A DNA stretch of 63,152 bases, filler included, from Saprolegnia diclina VS20 (taxonomy: Eukaryota), in the NCBI RefSeq assembly GCF_000281045.1. It is 16 parts of 6 records of this genome, joined end to end, with 100 filler letters (N's around TTAATTAATTAA, not from the genome) between each part and the next. Parts side by side here need not be neighbours in the genome. Positions count along the whole stretch, not along the records: positions 9,343 to 12,222 come from NW_008246257.1; positions 12,323 to 17,802 come from NW_008246258.1; positions 17,903 to 19,693 come from NW_008246258.1; positions 19,794 to 22,156 come from NW_008246260.1; positions 22,257 to 27,888 come from NW_008246260.1; 11 more parts are not named here. The stretch is one strand, 5' to 3'. The position numbers were made by a program, and so were the translations under genes. Position 1 is the first letter of the stretch. Each line of letters starts with the position of its first letter. Below are positions 10,472 to 22,676 of the stretch, in pieces. The notes beneath the pieces were generated by a model. The model was not told where the DNA came from. It saw nothing but the letters and a program-made list of their open reading frames with translations, and did not search any database.

Positions 10472-13400
10472 CGTCGTCGGCAGCGTCTGCTTCTCCACGG
10501 CCAAATCGGCGAATGTTCAGTCCAACGTACTGGGCGGCTGCGACCTTCACTCGTGCTCCCGGCGTTTGCATACAAACATCAAGTACATTTGGGCGGCCGG
10601 TTTTTTCAAAGTCTTTTCTTTAATGCCCGACACCCTGTCTTTTAATACGCGCACTGGCTTTTCCAGGGCGTTTCACTTGGTTTTTGTATGCTGAACCCAC
10701 AACCGGCGTGGAGTAAAAGAATTGTCGGAAAGGTATCTTGTCCTTTAAAGAAAACAAGCCTCTTCGAGAAATTTCGACCGGTTTGACGTGCATTCAATTG
10801 GGTGAAACCTCTCAGAACGTATACAATCAGATTTCACATTGTAGGAATGATGGTGACCCGTGAACTGGGCGGTCGGCTGGCGCTGCGTCAGGGGCGCGCT
10901 TCGAATGGCGCCTTGTGATTGGATGAAATCAGCTTTAGTGGCGCACTGTGATTGGTTTAGACGTAGAGACGCGACCAACGCTGGTGCCAACGACGGCAAG
11001 GAAGAAATTTCTTGTGCGGTTGACTGGCACCGAACTCGAGAGTCGATGATGGTCCACGACAACGCGGCGTTTGAATGGCTGCGGCACAACTTGATTTTTG
11101 CTGCTCCGTTTGATAATTTGAATCGTTATTATGCAAGGCAAAGTTTCATCCTGGCAAGATTTGGCTCGTTTTGGCAGGCACCGAGTGCATGATTATGGTC
11201 TTCTTGCTTGGTCCAGATGATGGCAAACGACCTAAAATTTAGCTACTACTTCTTCTGGGGCGTTCCGATTTTTTACATGGACGCGACGATGACCTTAGCG
11301 TCCCGTCAACGCACATCCCAGCCACTTGGATAGTGTAGTGCGCACTGGATCCGTTCTTGAAAGAGTGTGGCAGACGAGCACTTGGAGACGAGCGAGCTGC
11401 GTGGATCTCGCATCTTGGTATCAACTGATATGCGTGCGACGAGTCAAGTTGAAGTCTTGTTGGCACAGGTATGCGCTGCGATTGTACTGTACGGGTGTAA
11501 ACCGACGACGACCGTTAATGGATACACCTACGGAGGCGCCAACGTTGCGTCTCTCAAGACACAATTTGTCGAGGATGAAAGGAGAAACAGGTACTTGTGA
11601 TGCGGTGAAGCGGCACACAAGCTTCGAATTTTATTTTTCAACGACGGTACAGTGTACTAGCACTCGCGATCTAGTTGCAGCGATCCTTGCTGGTTCGTTC
11701 GAGCTCCACTATGCGTAGCGGCCTCTGTTTCGATGCAGCATTCCTGCGTTGCCACGTGCGTTCGAGTGGCTTAGCACGGATGTAAACAGATTTGTCAACG
11801 AAAAAGACGACAACTCCCACATATCATTCTCTTGCTCGGATGCCTACTCGTACGCTTGCGGCAGTTCCCAGGCTCTTGGAATACAGGAGTCCTATGCATG
11901 CCACTTCGACTTGAGAAACCAGCAAATCGGGCGGCGAGTTTGGCGAAGCTGACGCCGGTCTTGGTTGTTGGTCGTCGGTTGTCGTCGAAAGTTCCGCAGT
12001 CGACCCTTGCCAGCAAGGATCAAACATTGTCCACGCAGCCAAGAAAGATCTTGTATCGTTCTTCTTGAGGTGTAATTGTCATGGCGTGGGTTCCGTGAAT
12101 TCATCGCGTTAGCCAGCACACGTGCGACTACAAAAGAGCAAGACGAGCCCTCGCGCCGCCGCCTGCGCAGCCACGGCCCAGGTTAGCGAATGCAGAAGGA
12201 GATTGCTAGTCTCTCCGTATGCNNNNNNNNNNNNNNNNNNNNNNNNNNNNNNNNNNNNNNNNNNNNTTAATTAATTAANNNNNNNNNNNNNNNNNNNNNN
12301 NNNNNNNNNNNNNNNNNNNNNNAGACTTTGTTTTGTCTTTGGAGAGTGGTGCATCCTCCTCAAGTGCAGAAGCTCGTTGTTGTTGGAATGAGTCTATTGA
12401 GATATTATTTCCTACAGGTTTTTCTGTTTTGTTTACACGGTGCGTTGAGAGGCGGGCGTCTCTTGGCGAGGGTGCGTATTTTTGGTGATTTGTTGTGGGA
12501 GGTTTTCCTTCGAGGCGAGTAACGACGCCCTCTTGGCCAATCCCGAACGGGTTACAGCTCGGCGGCTCTTCCGATTGGGTACACCGCGCAGAGGCAGGAG
12601 GTCGGCCAATTGAATTTGCATGCGCGCAGCTGGAAGGTGCAGAAGCTCGTGTCGGTGGCCTTCCAACCCCGGCGGTACAACATGGCGCTCGTCGCGATTG
12701 GCGTACGCACATACACCGAACGCAATGTTTGGGACCGTCCGTTGCCGAATGTACATTGTACAATATACAATATGTTTTCATTGAATCTTGTTCGCGTCAA
12801 TACATGTAATCAACAAAGTGAAGTGAGGTTACCAAAACAATGCTAAACAAAAACAATGCTAAACAAAAGCCATAAGCCTTTTGATTTTCGAACAAGCGCC
12901 AAATGGCTCCCGCGGACAGCTCCCGCGGACTTGATTGAACTTGACATCAACCGAATACAATGGCTGCTTGCCGACGACATCGATGACCCAACAGATTCCA
13001 CTGGGAGGAGTCGTCTTGCCTGCTGAAACAATATATGCATATGAGTACAGTAGGCAAGAACTCTTGGATCTACTGTTGGTACTGGACGCAAAAAGGACGG
13101 AGGAGACGACAGAAATTAATTTACAACCCCTCCCACTCGTGAAATATTTGGCGGCAAACGCAAATCGTCAGCTTATATGGAGGTTGTGGTAGAAATGGCC
13201 TCCAGATTTAGTATTCATTTACTTGCCTGAGCTTCAGCGCACAGGCGTCCCCTTGCCAGGGCACTCAGTATATCATTTCAATTGCGTTGATTGGTCAAAT
13301 GTCGGAGGAGTCGAAAATCAGTTCGCTAACCATCGAAGTCAACTCGGCTTGGGCTTTATCGTGTTCAGTGGGATTGGGTTGTTGCGACATCGCAATAAAT

Positions 13401-14196
13401 GTTTCACTGCCCATATTTCCCTTGATTTTTCCCTTGGCTTGTCGCCACCGATCATTTTATGGTGTGTGCAACAGCGGTGTTCAACACACATGGTTCTCTC
13501 GCGCCGTAATTACCTTTCAAAGTATGTTTCGCGTCGCCTTGGACGGTAGAATAGACGATAACGTTGTGTGGAGACGAACACCTTGAAAGACTCAATTGGC
13601 TTTCTTTGTAGGTGTGTAGGTACAGCAGCCCTTTTCAACGCGTATGTACGATGTGGTAAATCTGCTCGCATTGTTGTTCCACCATATGTACTATCTAAGC
13701 GAATTCAATTGCGATGCAAGCCAATCAGAACAGTTATGGTTACAAGGCTACATTCCGACGCCACCGAGAGTGGTCAAATGCTCGACTGGATTCCTCGCTG
13801 CCCACACCATAGATTGCTATCAGCTCGTGCATGGAAGAGCCAAGTTGAGCTCACGTCCACTCCACAAGGGCTGGTTGATCCTGGTCGTGTCGGCTGCGTT
13901 GCAGCCGTCCTGTCACCCAATGTACCGGTATATTTGCTGCTGATGGCTGCGGAGCACTGAACGCTTGACGCGGCTGCATACTTGCCAACCAAGGCGCAAA
14001 ACTTTAAAAAATGTAATGAAAATGCTGCCGTCTATTCTCCCATAATATGCGCACCGCATGGCGTGGCCAGTCTCACGTAATGCGGCTCCACGCCAGTCCC
14101 TTCACCAACATGTGGTGCCCGGCTATCAGGCTTCGGGCTGATAGCAACCACGCACCTCGGCCACCCCAAACGTGATTCACTTTTCATTTGTTGACG

Positions 14197-15792
14197 ATGC
14201 GATCCCTCCTCCTCTGCGCCCTCTCCTTGTTGGTTGCGCTCGCCGCCGCGCGGGACGGGTGCTACAACACCAAGGACGTGCATGAGACGCTTGTGATTTC
14301 GAGTGGGTCCGGGTCGCCCGACTGCGTCACCAACAACAAGCTCCTCTTGGTGAACGGGTCCTTCACGGGCCCGACGTTGACCATGCACAAAGGCGACAAG
14401 CTCCACTTGACGATCGTGAACGAGCTCGACTCGATGTTCTCGATGCACATCCACGGCGCGACCCAGTTCGGTACGCCCTTCTCGGACGGCGCCGCCGGCA
14501 TCAACGCCATTCCGATGCAGCCCCACTCGAGTGTGACGCGTTCGACTGTCATGCACGAGGCCGGCACGTTCTTCTACCACGCGCATCTGAAGCTTATGGA
14601 CATGCACGTCTACGGCGCGCTCATCGTCAAGGAACACGGCGAGAAGTATGACGACCTCGTTTTGATGCTCTCCGACTACTGGCACGCCGACCTCGATACG
14701 CTTCATTACGGTCTCCTCGACGCCCCGGCCTTTCAATTCGTCGGTTTTCCCCAAGCGTTCTTGACCAACGGCCGCGGCAACGTCGGCAACTGCTCGTCGG
14801 GCGTTGACACGAGCTTGATGACGCTGCGTGTCAAGCCCCGTACGACGTACCGGCTGCGCATCATTGGCGGCACGTCGCTCTTTGGCGTGCATTTTCGCAT
14901 TCCCGAGCACAAGCTCACGATCGTCGAGATTGAGGGCACCAAGGTGGCGCCGAAAGCTGTCGACTACGTCGAGGTGCTCCCTGGCCAGCGCTACACGGCC
15001 CTCCTCACGACGGACCAGCCCGTCGACAATTACTTTATGCAAATCGATGGCCGGTGGCGCGCCGGCGCCCCCCGCAACGGCCTCTCGGTGCTCCAGTACG
15101 AAGGTGCGCCGAGCGCGCCGACGTCGCCGTCGACGCTCCTTCCGTATGTGACCGAGACGGTCAATTTTATGGACCAGTTTGAACCGACGACGCGCTTGAA
15201 CATGCCGGCGACCGCGGATGTCATTGTGCACCTCCAAGGCAAGCAGATCGCGTTCGGTGCCGATGGCAAGCAGCGCCGGTGGGCCATGAACAACATCACG
15301 TATGTCAAACAAATGACGACGAGTGTGCTTGAAGCTGTCATCGCCAACCAGCTTGGCGCGCTGCCCGACAACTCGCGGCCGTCAACGAGCATCACGAAAG
15401 GCCAGGTCGTCGACGTCGTCTTGGAGAACGCGGTCGCACTCAACGGCGTCTGCGAGATGCATCCGTGGCACCTCCACGGCCACAGCTTTTGGGTTGTCGG
15501 TGCTGGTGCGGGTGCATACGATGCGGCCGCACCCTCTGCAGCCAAGCCCTTCAAGCGCGACGTCGTTGGCGTCTACCCGTACCACGCAGCGTACAACCAG
15601 CCAGTGGGCACCGCGGGGGCGCCGTGCGGCTGGACGCGCATTCGGTTTGTCGCTGATAACGTTGGCGTCTGGCCGCTCCACTGCCACGTGGCGTCGCATT
15701 TCGACATGGGCATGGCCACAGTGTTTGTTGTTGGCGAAGACGACCTTCATAACCCCGAGATTGTCGCCGCGCTCCGTGCTGCTTCGGCATGA
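14197..15792 (+). CDS. Secreted three-domain multicopper oxidase (ascorbate oxidase/laccase-like), intronless
   Basis: Signal peptide; copper motifs HIHG, FFYHAH, HPWHLHGHSF and HCHVASHFDMGM (Met as T1 axial ligand); INR-like TCACTTTTCATTT just upstream (~14176-14188). Confidence 0.95.
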   Translation: MRSLLLCALSLLVALAAARDGCYNTKDVHETLVISSGSGSPDCVTNNKLLLVNGSFTGPTLTMHKGDKLHLTIVNELDSMFSMHIHGATQFGTPFSDGAAGINAIPMQPHSSVTRSTVMHEAGTFFYHAHLKLMDMHVYGALIVKEHGEKYDDLVLMLSDYWHADLDTLHYGLLDAPAFQFVGFPQAFLTNGRGNVGNCSSGVDTSLMTLRVKPRTTYRLRIIGGTSLFGVHFRIPEHKLTIVEIEGTKVAPKAVDYVEVLPGQRYTALLTTDQPVDNYFMQIDGRWRAGAPRNGLSVLQYEGAPSAPTSPSTLLPYVTETVNFMDQFEPTTRLNMPATADVIVHLQGKQIAFGADGKQRRWAMNNITYVKQMTTSVLEAVIANQLGALPDNSRPSTSITKGQVVDVVLENAVALNGVCEMHPWHLHGHSFWVVGAGAGAYDAAAPSAAKPFKRDVVGVYPYHAAYNQPVGTAGAPCGWTRIRFVADNVGVWPLHCHVASHFDMGMATVFVVGEDDLHNPEIVAALRAASA

Positions 15793-17139
15793 AAGTCGTA
15801 TAGTTATGAATAATACCAGTTCCTTCAAGTACATTTGCGTTGATAAACCTTCTTTCAAGTACCAGTACTTGGTGGTGTTGTGGTTTTGGAGGGATCGGCA
15901 CGCTTGGTCCTTTGAGACCGAGTCGTTGACACCGACATGTGAGCCATGTAAGCGATGATGCAAAGCGCAACCCTCGATCACTAATTGACCGACTAACTGA
16001 CTATGGAGAGCGCAGTCCGAAGCGATGCNNNNNNNNNNNNNNNNNNNNNNNNNNNNNNNNNNNNNNNNNNNNNNNNNNNNNNNNNNNNNNNNNNNNNNNN
16101 NNNNNNNNNNNNNNNNNNNNNNNNNNNNNNNNNNNNNNNNNNNNNNNNNNNNNNNNNNNNNNNNNNNNNNNNNNNNNNNNNNNNNNNNNNNNNNNNNNNN
16201 NNNNNNNNNNNNNNNNNNNNNNNNNNNNNNNNNNNNNNNNNNNNNNNNNNNNNNNNNNNNNNNNNNNNNNNNNNNNNNNNNNNNNNNNNNNNNNNNNNNN
16301 NNNNNNNNNNNNNNNNNNNNNNNNNNNNNNNNNNNNNNNNNNNNNNNNNNNNNNNNNNNNNNNNNNNNNNNNNNNNNNNNNNNNNNNNNNNNNNNNNNNN
16401 NNNNNNNNNNNNNNNNNNNNNNNNNNNNNNNNNNNNNNNNNNNNNNNNNNNNNNNNNNNNNNNNNNNNNNATTCGGGGAAAGGGAGTGAGGTGGACAGGG
16501 AAGATGGTTTGCTAGCGGGGTAAGGGTGAGGTGATAAGGGCATATTATTACAGAACTTCGTTTTCGAAGTCGAAGCGGCGTGTCGCAAAATAGTCCATTC
16601 TGACCAATCAGGAGCAGGCCTGTCTACTTCGAGTGGGAAGTTAACAGGTCGTAAGACCGACGCAGTGGCGGCAGTGGCAGCACAGAAACACTAGCAACGA
16701 CCTCGGGCGATTGCATCCACGGAGCTCGACAGCGCGAGCCTGGCGAAGACGCAACGGGAGACCATGGTGGCGCCAGCCACGATCCTTACCGGGGAGCCGA
16801 GGCCGAGGAGCCGAGCTAGTGACGACAGAGCATGAGGAGCCTGTGCGAACGATGGCGACGCCTGTCAACAACCAGCGAGTCCAGGCAAGTGCAGCGTGAC
16901 ACAAGGGCGTCACGGACATAAGTACCCAGTACGCATCAGCGATGTCGGTCCCGCAGCCATGCAAGGACCTCTTGAGGGCAACTTCACTCGAGGTAAGCGA
17001 ATGCCCGTGTTATCGCGCTGCAACGACGATGCCCTGTCTTAGTTGCGTGCTTCGCAAGCTTTCGCAAGTCCATGTCGACCCAACGTCGAGCCAGCACAGC
17101 GCGTGAGCTTGTGATTGCTGAGGGCCGCACCGGCAGCGA

Positions 17140-17345
17140 CGTTCACATGGGGTGAACGCCTCAACCCCGTCCCAGCTGAATTCGGGCTGCCCAAGTACAA
17201 CGTATACAGTCTCTAGTGGATATGGTTTGAGGCATCCCGGCCAGCCGCATAGGTCCCTTGCGGAAGCTGCGTTCATTCGACCTGCAGAAGAAATACGATG
17301 CCACCAAGTTCTCAAAAGCCCACAAGATAATCGCAACAGTGGCGT
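17140..17345 (+). pseudogene. Degenerate remnant of an oomycete transposon-associated ORF C-terminus (possibly Crypton-like)
   Basis: Broken frames read FTWGERLNPVPAEFGLPKYNVYSL*WIWFE/GIPASRIGPLRKLRSFDL..FSKAHKII. As I recall it, this resembles a 'WGG..HPVP..F.FP....W.LW..G.....GP.R.L' domain common in oomycete repeat-derived proteins. Contains a stop and a frameshift. Confidence 0.35.
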
Positions 17346-18592
17346 CCGCTGCAGGCCACCAAGTACACGACGTGACTGCCATGGATGCAGTGTCGCGCGA
17401 GCGCGCATGCGACCAAGTCCGTGATGACACCTGCGATGGGCCGCCCGTAGGTCAATGACATGAGCTACATTACGTTTCACGACGTTGTACTGAAGCGCAA
17501 GTAGGAGTAGCACTACTAATATGCATAATATTGGATAATTCTCCTCTTCTCTCGTGTCGCCGCGCTACTTGTGAAGTCCCATTGCCACATCTCGCGTCGC
17601 GCTACAGCGTGCCAACGATATCATTTTCTAGAGTACATGCATATTCATTTATAGAGGTGTTCGCTCATGTTTCGCAAAAGCTTGGGTCATATACCAAAGA
17701 GACGCCACATTCGTCTCAGGTATCTCCAACGATGGTCTCCAAGAAGTGATATGTCCATGTAATATATTCTCAAAGGAGGTGGTTTTTGGGTGGCAGAGCT
17801 TTNNNNNNNNNNNNNNNNNNNNNNNNNNNNNNNNNNNNNNNNNNNNTTAATTAATTAANNNNNNNNNNNNNNNNNNNNNNNNNNNNNNNNNNNNNNNNNN
17901 NNCTTAGCGCGGACGTGTCCCTTATCATGTGGACCACCGTCGGCAGCGTGACGTCTGGCGCGTCGACATAGCACTCCAACTCGGTTCGGCTCGATGCAGA
18001 TTTAGGTGGCGCGTGTCCTCGGTCGCTATAGCTTCTCGGTCAAGCAGTGTGCTCGTGCAACAAACCATTTTGCAGAATTCAGTCTAAAAAACGGCCGATA
18101 CATACCTTTTGGTTTGACGCGTCGCAAGGAACGGACGGATCCAACCTCGACTGTACAAGTGTACAACAGCAGTAGCAACAACAACAATAATAACCCCACG
18201 AACGACACTCTATCCATTTCACACAGGCCCAGGCACGTCGACCTACTATCGGCAACACCGATGCTTTCGAAGCTGCATCATTGCGACTACTGCATCCCAG
18301 ACCGATGGTTTGCTCTCCGCTCGCCACGTGGGCTCTCATCCACAAGTCACTAGCAAGTAGAGAAGTAGAGTTGGCGATGCGAGCGCAATGGAGGGTCCTC
18401 TCACGTCGGTACGTCCTTGGCTAGTACGACAATCTTCCTCGTCGAGACCCATGCAACCCTACCCCTTGCTACGACCAGCTGCAACTCCGGCAACAGGACT
18501 GAAGAGCATCGACGTTGAAAGTAAAGAGAGACAAATGAAATCCAGACGAGATCGACGACCACGCAGTAAGAAAGGCATATGACGCTCCGTCG

Positions 18593-19693
18593 TCAGCAGT
18601 GCGGGAAGACCTGGAAGCCGTCCGTCGCTTCAAAGACGCGCGTGTCGCCGCCGTAGATGCCATCGATGAGCACCTCGATCGCGCTGTAGCGGAGAATCGG
18701 AAACGTCGCGTGCACGCGTTCGAAGAAGGCGCGGACGACGTCGGCAGGTGCTGTGGCCCGCTCCAGCGCCGCTGCCAGCTCGGTCCGCAAGCTCCCAATC
18801 ACAGTGGACGACTGCGCGAGCAAGCCCTTCCAGTGCGTGCACTGGTCACAGACCATCGGCGCTTGGGTGGCGAGGGTATGCTGCAAGGATTTAATCGTCT
18901 CGAGCAGTCGGGCCTTGCTCGCGTTCACCCGCGCAGCGTGTTTGGCGCTGGCGTCGGCCACATCGTCACTGGACGCCTTGGTACGCGCGGCCTCCGCGAT
19001 CGCAGTGGCCACGTCGGCCGTCAGCTGCGCATTGGTGTGCACGAGGTGACTGTTGGCGGCCATGAGCGTCTCGTTCTGCTGTGCACTGGCAGCGACGGCG
19101 TCTTGGGCCAGAGCCAAGGCAGTGCTGGATGCGTCGAGGTCGGCCTGGAGCTGCTGCAGCACCGACGTGAGTTCGGTCTTGTTGCCAAGGAGCGTCTCGA
19201 TCTGCTGCGTCTGGGTGTCCACGCACGTCGTCGCAGCGTGTAGCTGCAACGTCGTCGCTGCGAGCGCGTCCGTCTTCTCTTGAATCGTTGCTTCGAGCAA
19301 CAACGTGCTGGCCGTCGCTGCATCGGCGAGCTCCGACTTGGCTGCCTCCTGTTGCTCGACCATGGACGTGAGGCGGCGTGTCTCACAAAGGAGCGCCTCG
19401 ATCTGCTGCTGGTAGGCATCCGTGGCTTGCTCCTGCAGCGCGATTGATTTCTTGGCCGCGCCGAGGTCGTTCGAGAGCTGCACCATCGCCATGTGCAAGT
19501 GGTCCTTCTCGGCTTTGAGAGTGCTGCACATGCGCGTGCAAGCGTCAGCGCGCTCCTGTGACGCGGCCTTGGTCGTGTTCAGATCAGTTTTTGTGTGGTT
19601 GAGCTCATATTCAATGCGTTCGAGCACAGCCTTGGTGTGGTCGAGTGCAGCCTTGGCTGCAGCCATCGCGGTCTTCTGCTGCTCGATCTCCGA
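18593..19693 (-). CDS. Long coiled-coil protein, C-terminal part (5' lost at spacer)
   Basis: >360-codon open frame rich in A/Q/E/L heptads with host-like codon usage. Confidence 0.75.
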   Translation of the reverse strand, partial: SEIEQQKTAMAAAKAALDHTKAVLERIEYELNHTKTDLNTTKAASQERADACTRMCSTLKAEKDHLHMAMVQLSNDLGAAKKSIALQEQATDAYQQQIEALLCETRRLTSMVEQQEAAKSELADAATASTLLLEATIQEKTDALAATTLQLHAATTCVDTQTQQIETLLGNKTELTSVLQQLQADLDASSTALALAQDAVAASAQQNETLMAANSHLVHTNAQLTADVATAIAEAARTKASSDDVADASAKHAARVNASKARLLETIKSLQHTLATQAPMVCDQCTHWKGLLAQSSTVIGSLRTELAAALERATAPADVVRAFFERVHATFPILRYSAIEVLIDGIYGGDTRVFEATDGFQVFPHC

Positions 19694-21256
19694 NNNNNNN
19701 NNNNNNNNNNNNNNNNNNNNNNNNNNNNNNNNNNNNNTTAATTAATTAANNNNNNNNNNNNNNNNNNNNNNNNNNNNNNNNNNNNNNNNNNNNGCATCGT
19801 GTCCGCTGCCCGATGTATGCTTGGACCGAAGTCTCTTTTTGGTCCAACTGCTGTTATAAAATGTGCAATTACGAGAGAGATAGGGGCATAATGCCTATCG
19901 ACGGCCTTCTTCTTGTCATTTCCAACGCCAACCAGACGTAGTTTCCGTCGCTTTCTATGGTACGAGTCGTCTTGGACGGTTCGACGCAGAAAGTCAAATG
20001 TAGCTATTTTTTCGAGTTGACTGATTCGATGCGCGATACCTTAACACAAAACCTTGTCGTTGAAATGAGTCTTTTGGATTTTATGGAACACAAAAGCCTA
20101 GTCCACTGGCGCTTGTAGCTGCACGCTTTTTACCCTCCCACAGGTTGCGTCCAGATGTGTACAAGCAGTGCTGGCCATCATCAGTGCCAAGGAAGTTGCT
20201 TCCAGCTGTAGTAATGCGGCTGCGAAGGAGCTTGGGGAAGGAGATGAGCCACGGATCGGCATCGGCGACGAGTGACGGCATCTGTTGGGCCACAGAAAGC
20301 ACGGACGTCGTAAAGCTTGGTTCCACGTAACGTCATCACATACTAACCCGTTCGTCGATCTCGTGTCACAGCGATTACGGCCCACACAAGGGCGCAATAC
20401 TGGCAACGCCAACGGCCACGATCAAGATGCCTGGAGGGCAGTCGTTGCGTTAGACCATATGTCATGTGTCTCGACTGCAAGTGCCAACCGCACATCTGCA
20501 CAAGAGCTCTGCGCAAGCTGTCGACCTCCGCCTTGCGGCCGTGACTCGTCGTTCAACCGGTCGTATTACGCACAGATATCGAAAGAAGAACGCACAATGA
20601 TTGCACAGCTTCGAGCCTCTCCTCTACCACCCCCCATTATCACCCGTGCGTACTCTCCAACCCACGTGTGGTCGGACGCTACTTTGCCAGTGGCCCTCTT
20701 TTATGCACCCAAGTGCCAGCTGGTGCCAAGATATGGAACACGATCTTTCGAAATTACCGCTTTCTGGGTGCACAGTGTTCCCCAAGGCGACGCACGCACC
20801 GAGAGTGCCACCAACGCCAAGCGGTCTGTCCTACTCTAGTCGCGGAATAAAGAGTATTGATAGCTCAGTAAAGTAAATGGCACGCTCGTTCAGACGCCAA
20901 GTGTCGTTTAGTTGGCGGCCCATGATGGCGGCCACTGGTCCGCGATACACACATAGTCTGCGGTACACCACATGGTTGCAACGGCAACAATGGCGACGAG
21001 GCGTTCAGCGGCCATGAGTATTAGGTTATATGTACGATTCAAGGCGTCTGATCGCGTCTTTTCGCATTTTACCAGGGGCACAACTGACGCCACAGTGGAC
21101 ACACGAGCCTCGCACTGGTCCGAGCTTGGCTGGCGTCCAAGATTCGTGCTGAACCGTAGCGAGCACAGTGGGCCCTCCATACGTGTACACTATGCAGTGA
21201 TATACTGGCGCAGCTACGACGACTGATTCATCCTCTGTTCCGAACGGCGGGACGAG

Positions 21257-21272
21257 TCATTCCGCAACTTGC
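21257..21272 (+). promoter_or_regulatory. Oomycete INR/FPR core promoter
   Basis: TCATTCCGCAACTTGC immediately upstream of ATG 21276. Confidence 0.6.
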
Positions 21273-21275
21273 GCC

Positions 21276-21806
21276 ATGCCCCTCATCGACCTCACCTCGA
21301 TCGACGACGTGAAAGCGTACGTGGCTGCGATCGAAGCGAGTCCGTGCAGTACGGACACGCCATACTTTTGCATGCCGCCAGCCATCAACTCCACCACCCT
21401 GACACAAGGCGCGCTTTGGGCAACATCGCCGCCGGCCGCCAAGCCAACATCGTCATTTTGCGACGAGCAAATGGAGGAGCAGTACCGGCTCAAGCGACTA
21501 CGGCGCGAGCGCGGCGAGTCGACACCGCCCCGTATGACCCACTACCACCGCCAACGCGCCGAGATCAAGCTCCTTCGAGGCGTGGCCGCCGACTTGACCT
21601 CCCAGCTGCGCCACCTCGAGGCCAAGCACGTCACGTCACATCGTGGCAACTGGTACCAAGCCTTGCTGCGCGAAAAAGTAGCGATGGACCTCAGTATCTC
21701 GACCAATCGCAGCCTTCGGCGCCAGATGCGACTCGTGCTCCAGCGACGGGAAGCCATTCAGACAGCGGTGTTTGCCCCCGAACCCGACGAGGATCCGTTT
21801 GGTTAG
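21276..21806 (+). CDS. bZIP-like coiled-coil protein resembling the N-terminal part of the oomycete M96 mating-specific family
   Basis: Basic region YRLKRLRRER..HYHRQRAEIKLLRGVAADLTSQLRHLE followed by 'WYQALLREK...STNRSLRRQM'. Confidence 0.6.
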   Translation: MPLIDLTSIDDVKAYVAAIEASPCSTDTPYFCMPPAINSTTLTQGALWATSPPAAKPTSSFCDEQMEEQYRLKRLRRERGESTPPRMTHYHRQRAEIKLLRGVAADLTSQLRHLEAKHVTSHRGNWYQALLREKVAMDLSISTNRSLRRQMRLVLQRREAIQTAVFAPEPDEDPFG

Positions 21807-22256
21807 TCGACGACTCGTAGTCTTTCGTTGGTCTCTATGGATAATATTGTACATTTTGATTTATCGCATCTGGTACTGAGTAGACGCAACGGCATTTGAG
21901 ACCCAAGTGACGTGGACCCAAAGGAATAAAAGTGTTTTATATATTTGCGTGGACCCTTGGTTCTTGGAGTAGCAATAGCCCCGCGGTTGACAACTGACTG
22001 GAAGGTGGCTCCAGCATATCAAGGGGCGTAAAATTTGGATCGTCTATCGGTCACTCTAGCAACGTTATGACCTAGATTAAATGTGGTTCGAAGAGCGGAC
22101 TTTTCGAGTCGTCCAGCGATGGCTGGCAGTACAAACATGCTCAGTCGCCGACGAACNNNNNNNNNNNNNNNNNNNNNNNNNNNNNNNNNNNNNNNNNNNN
22201 TTAATTAATTAANNNNNNNNNNNNNNNNNNNNNNNNNNNNNNNNNNNNNNNNNNNN

Positions 22257-22347
22257 CGATACAGAACCACGCCGACGTCCGCGCCATCATCGCTACCTTC
22301 CAGCAGGACTTGACTGAGATCACGCGTCTTGGCGTCAAGGTCTTTGT
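22257..22347 (+). pseudogene. Truncated paralog of the acyltransferase-3/SGNH gene
   Basis: Identical to 26307-26397 except one substitution; breaks off into foreign sequence at 22348. Confidence 0.85.
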
Positions 22348-22580
22348 AAAAAAAGGTCGATCTAAAAGACTTTTGCCTCTCGAGGTCCGTCTAAATCACC
22401 TGGCGGCCACAAAGTTTTTTCGCGGTTTTTTGGAGGCCGACCAAAAAACCACGAAAGACCAACCGGTGCGAGCGAAAAGTTTTTTCAAAGTCCGTAAGAG
22501 TTGGGTGAAAATAGATATCCGTACAAAATGGCCTTATCCGTAAAAGACCTCGGGTAAAAAACCAACCGGTGTGGATGCCC
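22348..22580. mobile_element. One-ended PIF/Harbinger-type MITE remnant
   Basis: A-tract-rich segment ending ..CCGGTGTGGATGCCC|TAA. Its reverse complement GGGCATCCACACCGG resembles the GAGCATCTCCACCGG TIR of the 28023-28464 element. Confidence 0.6.
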
Positions 22581-22676
22581 TAACAATGACGAGCGACCAC
22601 GACACGGACCTGGTGTTTCACGTCGAACAAACACAGATTGCATTCTTGCATTGCACGTCACTGTAGACAACAAGGT
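22581..22676 (+). repeat. Duplicated 3' flank of the acyltransferase gene
   Basis: Clearly homologous to ~26960-27064 (TAACAATGAC..GAGCGACCACGACACGGAC.TGGTGTTTCA.GTCGAACAAAC). Confidence 0.85.

Noticed and set aside
12323..13990. Scattered short ORFs here and at 23141-23960, 46200-46800 and 53200-54330
   Set aside because: No recognisable motifs or host-like codon bias; probably decayed repeats or intergenic DNA.
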